DNA of 64,000 bases, taken from NCBI GenBank assembly GCA_029260495.1, contig JAJDDD010000009.1, positions 434,266-498,265 on the forward strand, read 5' to 3'. The DNA is from Phycisphaerales bacterium. Its GTDB lineage: Bacteria; Planctomycetota; Phycisphaerae; Phycisphaerales; UBA1924. Positions 26,571-35,388 of this stretch are shown here, in pieces; position 1 is the first letter of the stretch, and every line of letters starts with the position of its first letter. The notes beneath the pieces were generated by a model. The model was not told where the DNA came from, searched no databases, and saw nothing but the letters and a program-made list of their open reading frames with translations. Both the position numbers and the translations under genes were made by a program.

Positions 26571-27350
26571 ATGGAGAAGTTAGAAATGAAAAATGGGATC
26601 ATTCTTAGTGTTGGAGCGGCTGCACTGCTTGCCTCTGCGGGCGCTGCGCAGGCTGCGACCGCGAGCATCGACGGTCTTGGTGGCGAAGTTCAGATCGTGT
26701 CCGGCGTTATTGACGGCGTGTTCGGCACATCGTCGCCCGATATGTCGCCCAGCGCCCTTGCGAACATCCATGGAACGCTGATGGATGACGGCATTGAGAC
26801 GAATGGCAAGGTCACCAGCGTTTTCCTCGAAACCGATAACGGGCTCGCATGGGTCATTCTCGTTGACAAGCAACTCTTTGGCGACGACGATCGCGGTGGC
26901 CCCGCGGCGAGCCTTCTCTTCGCGAGCACAGCTGACGGCGATAAAGATCCCTTCATCAACGATGATGAAGAAATGGAAATCGCAGTGTTCGGCGGTGGAC
27001 TTCAGGCCGCCAATGGTCAGTTCAACTGGAACTCCGATGGTGAGGGCGATGGCTTCGCCTGGGCTGGTCTTGAGCCTGGTGACTTCATGACCTTCCAGTT
27101 CGAGGAAATCAAAAGCATCACCACACAGCGCGGCGGAACGGCTCCAACCTCCCCGGGTCTGGACAGCACCGATACGTTCCAGTTCGCCTCATGGACGGGC
27201 GATTCATTCGAACTGATGCCTGACATGGGCAGCTTCTCGATCGACAATCAGTTCGCTTACAGCGTGACGATTCTTCCGCTGCCGCAGCCCGCGATGCTCG
27301 GCCTGGCGGGTCTGGCCGGCCTCGGCGTGATCCGCCGTCGCAAGGCCTGA
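26571..27350 (+). CDS. Secreted PEP-CTERM domain protein (putative exosortase substrate), acidic and Asp/Gly-rich
   Basis: Signal peptide MKNGIILSVGAAALLASAGAAQA. C-terminus TILPLPQPAMLGLAGLAGLGVIRRRKA is a P-x-P motif, hydrophobic helix and Arg cluster. An alternative start is 26586. Confidence 0.75.
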   Translation: MEKLEMKNGIILSVGAAALLASAGAAQAATASIDGLGGEVQIVSGVIDGVFGTSSPDMSPSALANIHGTLMDDGIETNGKVTSVFLETDNGLAWVILVDKQLFGDDDRGGPAASLLFASTADGDKDPFINDDEEMEIAVFGGGLQAANGQFNWNSDGEGDGFAWAGLEPGDFMTFQFEEIKSITTQRGGTAPTSPGLDSTDTFQFASWTGDSFELMPDMGSFSIDNQFAYSVTILPLPQPAMLGLAGLAGLGVIRRRKA

Positions 27351-27472
27351 TATCAACAAACCAAACTTGTTGTTTGGGACACATACACGCACGGGGCCGA
27401 CGCAAGTCGACCTCGTGTTTTTTTAATCGTTCAAAGCGATGGGATCGCGGTCGCGCCTCATCTTGTGTTGGC

Positions 27473-28459
27473 TTACACGAATCGCGGCGTGATGGTTTCG
27501 ATCTTCTCGAGCGCTGCTGCGAGGTAGCGCGGGCTTCCCTCGCGATGCAAGAACGCTGGAACACATGCCGCCATGAGCACCCGGCGAATGTCTGCGAGGT
27601 CAGCGTAATCAGCGTCCAACTCGAGGCCGTTCTCTCGGCGGGCGTGCGCGATGAGCTTGACCGGCTTGAGATCGTGAAGCGATTCGGGATGACCCCAATA
27701 GATGCGCTCGAGATAGACCGCATCTTCGATCCAGTGTCCCGGATGTGTTTCTGCAAGATCAAGCAGAATACAACCTGCCGGACCCCAGGGTGAATTTTCG
27801 TCGCGGCGCATCGCATTGCCCGCGTGTACATCGCCGTGACACCACGCATTCATGGGTCGATTCAGCCAGAGGCGCAGAATATTTGGAAGAGCTTTGGCTG
27901 TCTGTTTGAGGGCTTTGCTCCATCGCTGAGCTTCAGAAATCGGATTGTCGCGGACGGCTTGGCGGGCTTGTTCAAGAAGCGATTCCCAGTCCGCGACGGG
28001 GCGGGCGACGCCCGTCGGCGCGACGGGCGTGGCGTGCTGGTGAAATCGAGCGGCGGCATCGGTGAGTTCAAGAATTACATCCTTGTGCCGATCGGTCGCC
28101 AGGGGGTCACCCGGCAGGCGCTCCATAACGAGCCAGGCGAGGTCATACCCGCCGATCTCGGTGCCCTCGGCAGCGATGCGGGGCGTAGGAGCTTTTGTCT
28201 GCGCGAGCACGGTCGTAAACCGATGTTCGCGCGGCCCGACCGGGAACTTGATCACCACTTCGCGCGGATCCGCTTCACCATCAAATGTAAACGTGGAATA
28301 GCCAGTCGCGGCGCCTCCCCTCTGCCAGTCCGCCTTGAACCAGCGAATTGGACCAAGCTGCCCCTCACAGGCATCGCGCAGCGCCGGAGCAAGAGCGTGG
28401 GCCAACTCGTGCGGCGCCGAAATCTGCGGTGACGTTCCATCCTCCGTCATCATCTTCAT
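27473..28459 (-). CDS. Aminoglycoside-phosphotransferase (APH) / protein-kinase-like fold small-molecule kinase
   Basis: CHGDVHAGNAM catalytic loop (Brenner HGD motif) and a downstream D-x-A metal-binding region. Overlaps the upstream aminotransferase stop by 4 nt. Confidence 0.7.
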   Translation of the reverse strand: MKMMTEDGTSPQISAPHELAHALAPALRDACEGQLGPIRWFKADWQRGGAATGYSTFTFDGEADPREVVIKFPVGPREHRFTTVLAQTKAPTPRIAAEGTEIGGYDLAWLVMERLPGDPLATDRHKDVILELTDAAARFHQHATPVAPTGVARPVADWESLLEQARQAVRDNPISEAQRWSKALKQTAKALPNILRLWLNRPMNAWCHGDVHAGNAMRRDENSPWGPAGCILLDLAETHPGHWIEDAVYLERIYWGHPESLHDLKPVKLIAHARRENGLELDADYADLADIRRVLMAACVPAFLHREGSPRYLAAALEKIETITPRFV

Positions 28460-29931
28460 GATAGGGGCGCCTCCATGCTTCGGGGGTGAACGGTCGAAAC
28501 CTTTGCGTCAGTTCCGCAAGTACGGATCACTGCAATGAGGATGTCCAGCATGCGATCGAGCGTTTCAAGCGGCATCGCTGGGGCGGGCATCAGAATGACG
28601 ACATTACCGAGCGGCCGGATCATCAGCCCGCGCTGGCGCGCCAGTTCACAGACCTGGACCGCCAGTCGATGCTCCGGGTCCAGCGATCTCCACGGCGAGC
28701 GCGACGCGACCAACTCGATCCCGGCCATCACGCCGCGAATACGCACATCTCCGACAGTTGGAAGATCCGCAAGCTCAGCCCGCAGCCGCGATCGTAGGCG
28801 CTGCTGAAGCACACCAACATTGCTGAGAATGTCGTTTTTCTTGAAGAGATCAAGCGATGCGAGCGCGGCGGCGCAGCCGAGTTGGTTGCCTGTATAGGTG
28901 TGCCCGTGGTAGAGCGTGCGGCGTTCGTGGTGTTCACCTTCGAAAGAGGCTGCAATGTCGTTCGTGCAAAGTGTCGCAGCGAGCGGGAGATAGCCGCCGG
29001 TGATTCCCTTCGCCAGGCACAAGACATCCGGGCGGACGCCTTCTAGTTCGCACGCGAACATCGCGCCCGTCCTGCCGAACCCAACGGCGACCGCATCAGC
29101 GATGAGCGGGATATTCCGAGAGCGAGCCGCCCGCGCGACGCCAGCGAGAAAGCCTTCAGGCTGTTCGATCATGCCCCCGGCGCCCTGCATGAGCGGCTCA
29201 ATCACAACGCCCGCAGCATGTTCGCCGACCTCATCCAGCACGCGCTCAAACTCCTTGAGAGCATGATCGCACACGCGCACACGCCGCTCCTGATCCCAGG
29301 ACGGCCATTCTCTCGGATCATTGGTCGGCGCATCCGTTCTGCATACGTCAGGCGCCGGCGCCCAAACGGTGCGAAAGGTGAGTTTCCGGTACGGACGATG
29401 AAAGGCATCGACATAGCCGACGCTCATCGCGCCGATTGTGTCGCCGTGATACGCGCCGGAGAAGCCGATGAGCGTATCGCGTTCGGGATGTCCCGAGTGG
29501 TAGTGATGCCCAACGACCATCTTGAAGGCGACCTCCGTCGCGGTGGCGCCGGCGTCGGAAAAGAACACTCTCTCCAAACGCGCGCCGACCAATGGAGGCT
29601 CGGCGCCCTCGGTCGGCGTGTTGACAGTTTCAACCAGGCGAGCGGCAAGCTCAATCGAGGGCGCATTGGAAAAGCCCAGCAGGGTTGAATGGGCGACGCG
29701 CGAGAGCTGATCCGTGATCGCACGATCAATCTCCGGCACACGATGCCCATGCACATTGCACCACAACGAAGAAAAGCCGTCGATATACCGATTGCCATGC
29801 GTGTCGATGAGCTCAAAACCGTCCGCCCGATCGACAATCAGAGGTTCGTGCTCACGCCATTGGCGCATAGGCGTAAACGGATGCCAGACATGGGCGTGAT
29901 CGAAGTGGGCGAGGCGCTGCGTCTCATCCAT
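28456..29931 (-). CDS. Class-III PLP-dependent aminotransferase family protein (BioA/AGXT2L-like). A phospho-lyase role is possible.
   Basis: HAHVWHPFT N-terminal motif plus PLP-lysine region. About 490 aa, longer than typical BioA. ATG at 29931 preferred over the TTG at 29937. Confidence 0.75.
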   Translation of the reverse strand: MDETQRLAHFDHAHVWHPFTPMRQWREHEPLIVDRADGFELIDTHGNRYIDGFSSLWCNVHGHRVPEIDRAITDQLSRVAHSTLLGFSNAPSIELAARLVETVNTPTEGAEPPLVGARLERVFFSDAGATATEVAFKMVVGHHYHSGHPERDTLIGFSGAYHGDTIGAMSVGYVDAFHRPYRKLTFRTVWAPAPDVCRTDAPTNDPREWPSWDQERRVRVCDHALKEFERVLDEVGEHAAGVVIEPLMQGAGGMIEQPEGFLAGVARAARSRNIPLIADAVAVGFGRTGAMFACELEGVRPDVLCLAKGITGGYLPLAATLCTNDIAASFEGEHHERRTLYHGHTYTGNQLGCAAALASLDLFKKNDILSNVGVLQQRLRSRLRAELADLPTVGDVRIRGVMAGIELVASRSPWRSLDPEHRLAVQVCELARQRGLMIRPLGNVVILMPAPAMPLETLDRMLDILIAVIRTCGTDAKVSTVHPRSMEAPLS

Positions 29932-29966
29932 TGACAAGAGTGTACCGTGCCGGGAAGCTCGCGCGC

Positions 29967-30875
29967 ATGGAGCAAAAGACTGACATGGGGCCGGTGCTGA
30001 TTCTGGACGGCGCCACCGGCACGGAACTGGCCCGGCGGGGGTTTGACACCTCGCTTCCGCTCTGGTCCGCTCGGGCGGTTATTGAAAAATCGCCCCTCTT
30101 GGGGGAGATTCACCGGGCGTATCTGGACGCTGGCGCCGACGCGATCACCACCTGCACGTTTCGGACGCACGCGCGGAATTTGGCGATTGTTCACATGGCG
30201 GATCGCGCCGCTGAGTTGACACGCCGAGCGGTTGAAATCGCGCGTACAACTCGGGATGAGATCAACCCGAAGGCAGAAGTGCTCGGCTCGGTGGCGCCGC
30301 TTGAGGATTGCTACTCCCCGGAGCTTGCGCCGAACTACGAAACATGCCGCCGCGAGCATGGCGCGATGATTCAGCATCTGTTGGAGGCCGGTGTTGACAC
30401 CATATTGATCGAAACGATGGGAACTATTCGCGAGGCGGTCGCTGCGGCGGAAGTCGCGGCCCAGTGCGCGCCGGGGAAGTGGATGTTGAGTCTTTGTGCG
30501 CATGGGCAAGGCGCCCCGGGCGAGCTGTTGTCCGGCGAGGCGATCGAAGTGTTGTTCAGTCATCTGCGCGGCTCGCTGGGTGAAGACGTCGGCGGCGTGC
30601 GCGCGATTGGCTTGAACTGTGTGCCCGCGCCGGCGCTGGCGTCGGAGGTCGCTCACCTGCGACGTACTCTTGACGACGCAATCCCAATTATCGCCTATGG
30701 CAACGTCGGCAGGCCTGATCCCGATCAAGGTTGGGTGAACACCGATGCGATCGAGCCGGAGCGGTATGCTGTATACGCCCGTGTGTGGGCTGTCGCTGGC
30801 GCCCGCATGATTGGCGGGTGCTGTGGGACGACGCCGGAGACGATCGCGGCGTTGCGCCTGAATCTCAAGAACTGA
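29967..30875 (+). CDS. Homocysteine S-methyltransferase domain protein
   Basis: ILDGATGTELARRGFD...PLWSA...YLDAGADAITTCTF...GGCCGTTPETIAAL. The start is uncertain between 29931, 29967 and 29985. Confidence 0.75.
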   Translation: MEQKTDMGPVLILDGATGTELARRGFDTSLPLWSARAVIEKSPLLGEIHRAYLDAGADAITTCTFRTHARNLAIVHMADRAAELTRRAVEIARTTRDEINPKAEVLGSVAPLEDCYSPELAPNYETCRREHGAMIQHLLEAGVDTILIETMGTIREAVAAAEVAAQCAPGKWMLSLCAHGQGAPGELLSGEAIEVLFSHLRGSLGEDVGGVRAIGLNCVPAPALASEVAHLRRTLDDAIPIIAYGNVGRPDPDQGWVNTDAIEPERYAVYARVWAVAGARMIGGCCGTTPETIAALRLNLKN

Positions 30876-31210
30876 TTACAGAAGCGGGCAAACAAGGTTT
30901 GGATGTCCCAAATATGGTTTCCAGGGACATAGAACGGGATTACCGAAAGACAGCCTCTCACGCTCCGAAATAGAATACGACGATGGATTGAGCCTTGAAT
31001 CAAACTCGCTCGACTCATTCGCACGCGGCGATTTGCTGCGTCGGCGAACCTCGTGATCCAAAACGGAAGTCAGAGGTTGGCGGCCGACGTGCCTGACGAA
31101 CGATGACATCAGAGCTGCGATTTCCTCTCAAGAAGGGGAATCGTTGCATCACACCGACCCCCAGCCCCCGCGAGGTCGCTGGCTCGGGTCGAGAAGAAGG
31201 AGATACTTCC

Positions 31211-32791
31211 ATGTTGACCATTGTGACAGTGACTATTGGCGTCGTGATCGCATTCGCGATTCTGAGCACGCTGCCCAAGCTTCCGACGAACTCCGCCAAG
31301 GGTGGAGCGATCGCGCTGGCGCTCATTGTGTTTGTGCTCTCGCTTGTAATTGGGTCGTTTCGTTATGTAGCGAGTGACGAAGTGGGAATCGTCATTAAAA
31401 ACGTCGGAACAAAGAGTCTTCCAGCTGGCAGTATTATCGCAGTTAACGGCGAGATGGGCCCGCAAGCGCGCATTCTTGCGCCGGGCTGGCATCCCTGGCT
31501 CTGGCCTGGCGTCTACACCGTGAAAAAAGCGGGTGTGACGCGAATCCAGGACAACACCGTCGGGCTCATTGTGGCTCGTGATGGTCAGCCGCTGCCGCCG
31601 GAGGTCGTGTATGCGCCTGAATGGAAGCCGGATGAGGTTGGGCAGATGCTCAACGCGATGCACTTCCTCACCGACGGCGCCGGGCACAAGGGCCCGCAGA
31701 CGACTGTGCTGACACCGGGCAGCTATCGCATCAACACGGCGCTCTTTGAGATTCGAGAGGTGTCGGTCACCAATGTCGAAAAAGCAACTGTCGGCGTTAT
31801 CAAATCGAACGTTGGCGCGCGCACACATAGTGACATAAAAATTGGCGCCGTATCGCTTGTCGATCGTGGGGAAGTCGGCATTTGGCGCACGCCTTTCAAG
31901 CCTGGCAAGCTTTACCTCCATACGGACGCCTTTGAGGTCACAATGATCTCGACGGAGTTGAAGACGACTCGGTACACCAAGGCAGACTCTGCAGGGGAAG
32001 AGAGCGAGATCACGGTGCGCTCTATTGACGGATTTACTTTTCCTGTTGATGTCCGTATTGAATATCAGATCGATCCAGGACATGGACCGCTCGTCGTCGC
32101 AAACTTTGGCGACGATGGCGCAAAGCTGCGCGAACGTCTCAACTCAGTCGTGCGAGCGGTCTTCCGAAACAACGCGGAAGGCGTCAAAGCGCTGGACTAT
32201 GTGCGCCAACGCTCGATTCAGGAGCAGCAGTCTCGTGAGATGATCGCCAGTGAGATGCAGGCGATGGGCGTGACGGTGACCGCCGTGCGTATCGGCGACG
32301 TGGGTGATGAAAAGACGCTGGGGTCGCTTCTGAAGACGCAGACCGATCGCGAGATCGCCGTGCAGGAGCAGATCACGTTTCAAGAGCAACAGCGAGCCGC
32401 TGAACAGCAGAAGGCGCTTTCGCGCACCTTGCAGGAAGCTGAGGAAGAAAAACGTCTGGCGACGGCTCAGTATCAGGTCCAGATCGCCGAGCGTGAGAAA
32501 GAGCGCCAGATCATTGGCGCCGAGGCTCAGGGCGAGCAAATTCGCATCGAAGCTGAGGCCCAGTCTCAAGCCTTCAAGCTGCTCGCCGAGCAGATCGGGC
32601 GTGGGAATGCTGCACTTATAGAACAGCTCAAGATCATCGGCGAGAGCGGAATACAAATTACGCCGCGCGTGATGGTCGTGAACAGCGGCGCCAGTTCAAC
32701 TGGCGAACCGTTGTCCGGCTCCGGCGAGACGACGGCCCTGATCGGCACGATGCTGGATTCCATGTTGGATCGCTCCGCGGGTACGAACTGA
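31211..32791 (+). CDS. SPFH/band-7 flotillin-like protein with a C-terminal coiled coil
   Basis: GAAGGAG RBS 10 nt upstream. N-terminal TM, SPFH core and an EQQ/AEA-rich flotillin-type heptads region. Confidence 0.75.
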   Translation: MLTIVTVTIGVVIAFAILSTLPKLPTNSAKGGAIALALIVFVLSLVIGSFRYVASDEVGIVIKNVGTKSLPAGSIIAVNGEMGPQARILAPGWHPWLWPGVYTVKKAGVTRIQDNTVGLIVARDGQPLPPEVVYAPEWKPDEVGQMLNAMHFLTDGAGHKGPQTTVLTPGSYRINTALFEIREVSVTNVEKATVGVIKSNVGARTHSDIKIGAVSLVDRGEVGIWRTPFKPGKLYLHTDAFEVTMISTELKTTRYTKADSAGEESEITVRSIDGFTFPVDVRIEYQIDPGHGPLVVANFGDDGAKLRERLNSVVRAVFRNNAEGVKALDYVRQRSIQEQQSREMIASEMQAMGVTVTAVRIGDVGDEKTLGSLLKTQTDREIAVQEQITFQEQQRAAEQQKALSRTLQEAEEEKRLATAQYQVQIAEREKERQIIGAEAQGEQIRIEAEAQSQAFKLLAEQIGRGNAALIEQLKIIGESGIQITPRVMVVNSGASSTGEPLSGSGETTALIGTMLDSMLDRSAGTN

Positions 32792-32833
32792 GATTTCAAA
32801 ATCTCACTGATTCATAGTACTGAGCATCCCATA

Positions 32834-32861
32834 GGGGTCAGCCTGGCGCTGGCCCCTTTTT
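32834..32861 (+). terminator. Rho-independent terminator after the flotillin gene
   Basis: GGGGTCAGC-ctggc-GCTGGCCCC followed by TTTTT. Confidence 0.55.
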
Positions 32862-32929
32862 CATTCCTGCGTCTTCTTTCCAATAGCTAAGATGATTCCT
32901 TATGATTCGGTTTTGTCGCGAAACGCTCG

Positions 32930-33568
32930 TTGAAAGTATTGGCATTTGGTGCAATGACCCCAGGTTCAGCGGACATACGCATGGTGATGGGACAAGCCGC
33001 CAGCCCAGGTGAGGGCGAAGAGAACGCCTCGGTTGCCGAGTTGCTCACACGCGATGGGTTTGCGCAGGAGTTCTCCGGCGCTTCTCGGACGCTGTGGTGC
33101 GTGGCGGCGGCGGTGCTGCGCGATCGGTCGCGGGCGGATGATGTTGTGCAGGAGGCAGCGATTGTCGGACTGCGGAAACTGGATGAGTACACACCCGGCG
33201 GAAGTTTCGTCGCGTGGATGAGCCAGATCGTGAGATTTGTCGCCCTCAACGAGGGGCGGAAAGAGCAACGACGACGGACACATGGGATGGACCCCGAGAC
33301 GCTCGCGAGCATGACGATGTCGGAATCGACGCACAGTGGGGGGGGCGCTGAAGGTGAGCTTGATGTGCAGGTGCAAGAGGCGATTGACGAGCTTCCCGAG
33401 GCAGCCCGCGTATGCCTGGTCCTGCGAACGGTGCGTGAGATGTCTTATGCCGATATCGCTGTTTCACTGGGAATCCCAGAGGGCACAGCGATGAGCCATG
33501 TTTATCGAGCAAGGAAGGCGTTGCGGGAGAAACTGCAGAACAGCCTGCCTGACAGAGATATGGAGTAG
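32930..33568 (+). CDS. ECF-type RNA polymerase sigma-70 factor
   Basis: Region 2 (DDVVQEAAIVGLRKLDEY...FVAWMSQIV) and region 4 (LPEAARVCLVLRTVREMSYADIAVSLGIPEGTAMSHVYRARKALRE). Confidence 0.75.
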   Translation: MKVLAFGAMTPGSADIRMVMGQAASPGEGEENASVAELLTRDGFAQEFSGASRTLWCVAAAVLRDRSRADDVVQEAAIVGLRKLDEYTPGGSFVAWMSQIVRFVALNEGRKEQRRRTHGMDPETLASMTMSESTHSGGGAEGELDVQVQEAIDELPEAARVCLVLRTVREMSYADIAVSLGIPEGTAMSHVYRARKALREKLQNSLPDRDME

Positions 33569-33577
33569 TTTGATCTG

Positions 33578-34321
33578 ATGGCCAATGAGTTTGCGGACAA
33601 TCAGGAGCAGGCGCTGAACCGTTATTTCGACGGCCAGATGACGCCGGAGGAGCGCGCCGCCTTTGAGGAAGCTGCCCGAAACGATACTGATTTGGCCCGT
33701 CAGATCGAGATGCAAGGTCGCGTTGATGATTCGCTGCGCTCAATGTTCGCGCCGCCCGATGATCTTGAGTCGCGTTTCGTGCTGCCCGAAACGCCTGTGA
33801 TCGCGCACCTGCCACGGACTCCATCGCGCATGTGGGTTCGGCTAGCTCTTGCTGCGGTTCTGGCATTGAGTGCCGTTGGCGCCTGGTTCACATACCGACC
33901 CGGTTCCTCGACTCGCTCACCCTATGAACCGCTGTCTCTCACTGAAGTTTTCTCAGTTGTCGAAGCAAAGAACTGGCATCCGAGCACCGTATGCACAAGC
34001 GATGAGGCATTTCGCAGCTTTGCCCACAAGCAGATTGGGCGTGAAGTGTTGGTGGTGCAGACCTGTACGCTTTCGGCCCTGGGTTGGGAATATGGCCAGT
34101 GGCTGTTGTCAGAGCCGACAGCGGTCGTGCTGATGCGCGATGGGGATGAGCACGTCATGGTGTTGATGGGTGAACTCAAAGGGCACAACCCACCTGAGAT
34201 TGATGCAACCAGTGACCTGCGCGTGTATCGCCGCGACCTGGCTCCCATCGTGCTCTACGAGATTTCTCGTCTTGACGAGCCGCACACGCTCGACGCGTTT
34301 TATCTGCCTGAAAGCGAGTAA
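33578..34321 (+). CDS. Anti-sigma factor (single-pass membrane protein) cognate to the upstream ECF sigma
   Basis: Starts 9 nt after the sigma gene. N-terminal anti-sigma helix (MTPEERAAFEEAARND) and one TM (WVRLALAAVLALSAVGAWF). Confidence 0.55.
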   Translation: MANEFADNQEQALNRYFDGQMTPEERAAFEEAARNDTDLARQIEMQGRVDDSLRSMFAPPDDLESRFVLPETPVIAHLPRTPSRMWVRLALAAVLALSAVGAWFTYRPGSSTRSPYEPLSLTEVFSVVEAKNWHPSTVCTSDEAFRSFAHKQIGREVLVVQTCTLSALGWEYGQWLLSEPTAVVLMRDGDEHVMVLMGELKGHNPPEIDATSDLRVYRRDLAPIVLYEISRLDEPHTLDAFYLPESE

Positions 34322-34361
34322 GACAGCTGTATTGAAAGATCCTGCACAGCGTGTGAGGTGT

Positions 34362-35285
34362 TCATGCCTCGCGCGTGCGAATTGCTTCAATAAGTTCGCC
34401 TGTATGTTTGCGCAGGCCTGCGTCGCCGCGATTGAGAGGAACGCCGAGAAACTCAGCGCTCGCGGTCTTGCTGAACATGTTCTTCGCCGGCGGGCCGGTG
34501 TCGGGCTCGACCATGGATTCGGGAAGCCCAAGAATGTCTCGAGCGTGCTCAGCAAAACGGGTGAACTTGGCGTAGCAGTCAGCCAGGTGGAACGCGCGGC
34601 CCGCGGCCTCAGCCTGTTCGCAGGAGCGCAGAATCGCTAATGACACGTCTTCCACATGGACAAATTTTCCGCCGCCCGGTTTATCTTTCGGGGTGACGCA
34701 TTCGCCATTGAGGAGTTTTTTCACCAGGCGGTAGCCGTGACTTCGCTCCAGATTCACAGGCTCGACACCGTAGACCGCACAGGGCCGGAGGGCGACGATC
34801 TCCATCCCCCAGCGCGCCTTGGCGGACCAGAGATGGGCCTCGACAGCGGCCTTGTAGGCGCCATACAGCCCGCCAGGACGCAGCGGATGTTCCTCGTCAA
34901 TCTGCCCACCCCATCGGGGGAGCATTTCGTTGTGGGTCGCGACGGAGGAGAGGAAAACAAAGCGTTTGACGTTGGCCCGATAAGCCGCCTCCAGTAGGCA
35001 AATTGAGCCGATAAGATTGGACTGGAGATGGCTGTGAAGGTCGCTTTTTTCCAGAGATGCCCAATCGACGGAGTTATGAACGATCGCATCGCACTGATCG
35101 AGAAGATCCGGCCAGATTTCGGGATCCGCATGGTCACCTACTACGAATCGCTTGATGGCGCCCTCGATGGGTCCGCGCGCTGACGTTGGGCGAACGAGGC
35201 CGACGACCTCGTGCCCGTGTTGATGGAGCGTATGTGCTGCGTCGGCTCCGATGAATCCGGAGGCGCCTGTTAGAGCAATGAGCAT
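34362..35285 (-). CDS. NAD-dependent epimerase/dehydratase (SDR) family protein
   Basis: MLIALTGASGFIGAD Rossmann motif at the chosen start. The longer ORF reaching 35516 was rejected as an N-terminal over-extension. Confidence 0.7.
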   Translation of the reverse strand: MLIALTGASGFIGADAAHTLHQHGHEVVGLVRPTSARGPIEGAIKRFVVGDHADPEIWPDLLDQCDAIVHNSVDWASLEKSDLHSHLQSNLIGSICLLEAAYRANVKRFVFLSSVATHNEMLPRWGGQIDEEHPLRPGGLYGAYKAAVEAHLWSAKARWGMEIVALRPCAVYGVEPVNLERSHGYRLVKKLLNGECVTPKDKPGGGKFVHVEDVSLAILRSCEQAEAAGRAFHLADCYAKFTRFAEHARDILGLPESMVEPDTGPPAKNMFSKTASAEFLGVPLNRGDAGLRKHTGELIEAIRTREA

Positions 35286-35388
35286 GCTGGATCGTACCGA
35301 AGTAACCGAATCAGAGCACGCCGGATTGACACCTTCGCCGCACACTTCTAGTTTTCGTTCAGCCCCAACGCATGGGGCCAAGACGTCG

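Noticed and set aside
28456-29937. First impression: BioA (adenosylmethionine-8-amino-7-oxononanoate aminotransferase)
   Set aside because: Not rejected as a family member. The specific BioA assignment is doubtful because of its length and its coupling to an APH-type kinase, with no neighbouring bio genes. Reported as a class-III aminotransferase / putative phospho-lyase.
29931-29959. TTGACA hexamer at 29931 as a promoter for the methyltransferase gene
   Set aside because: No acceptable -10 element at 16-18 nt spacing. The hexamer is part of the divergent gene start region.
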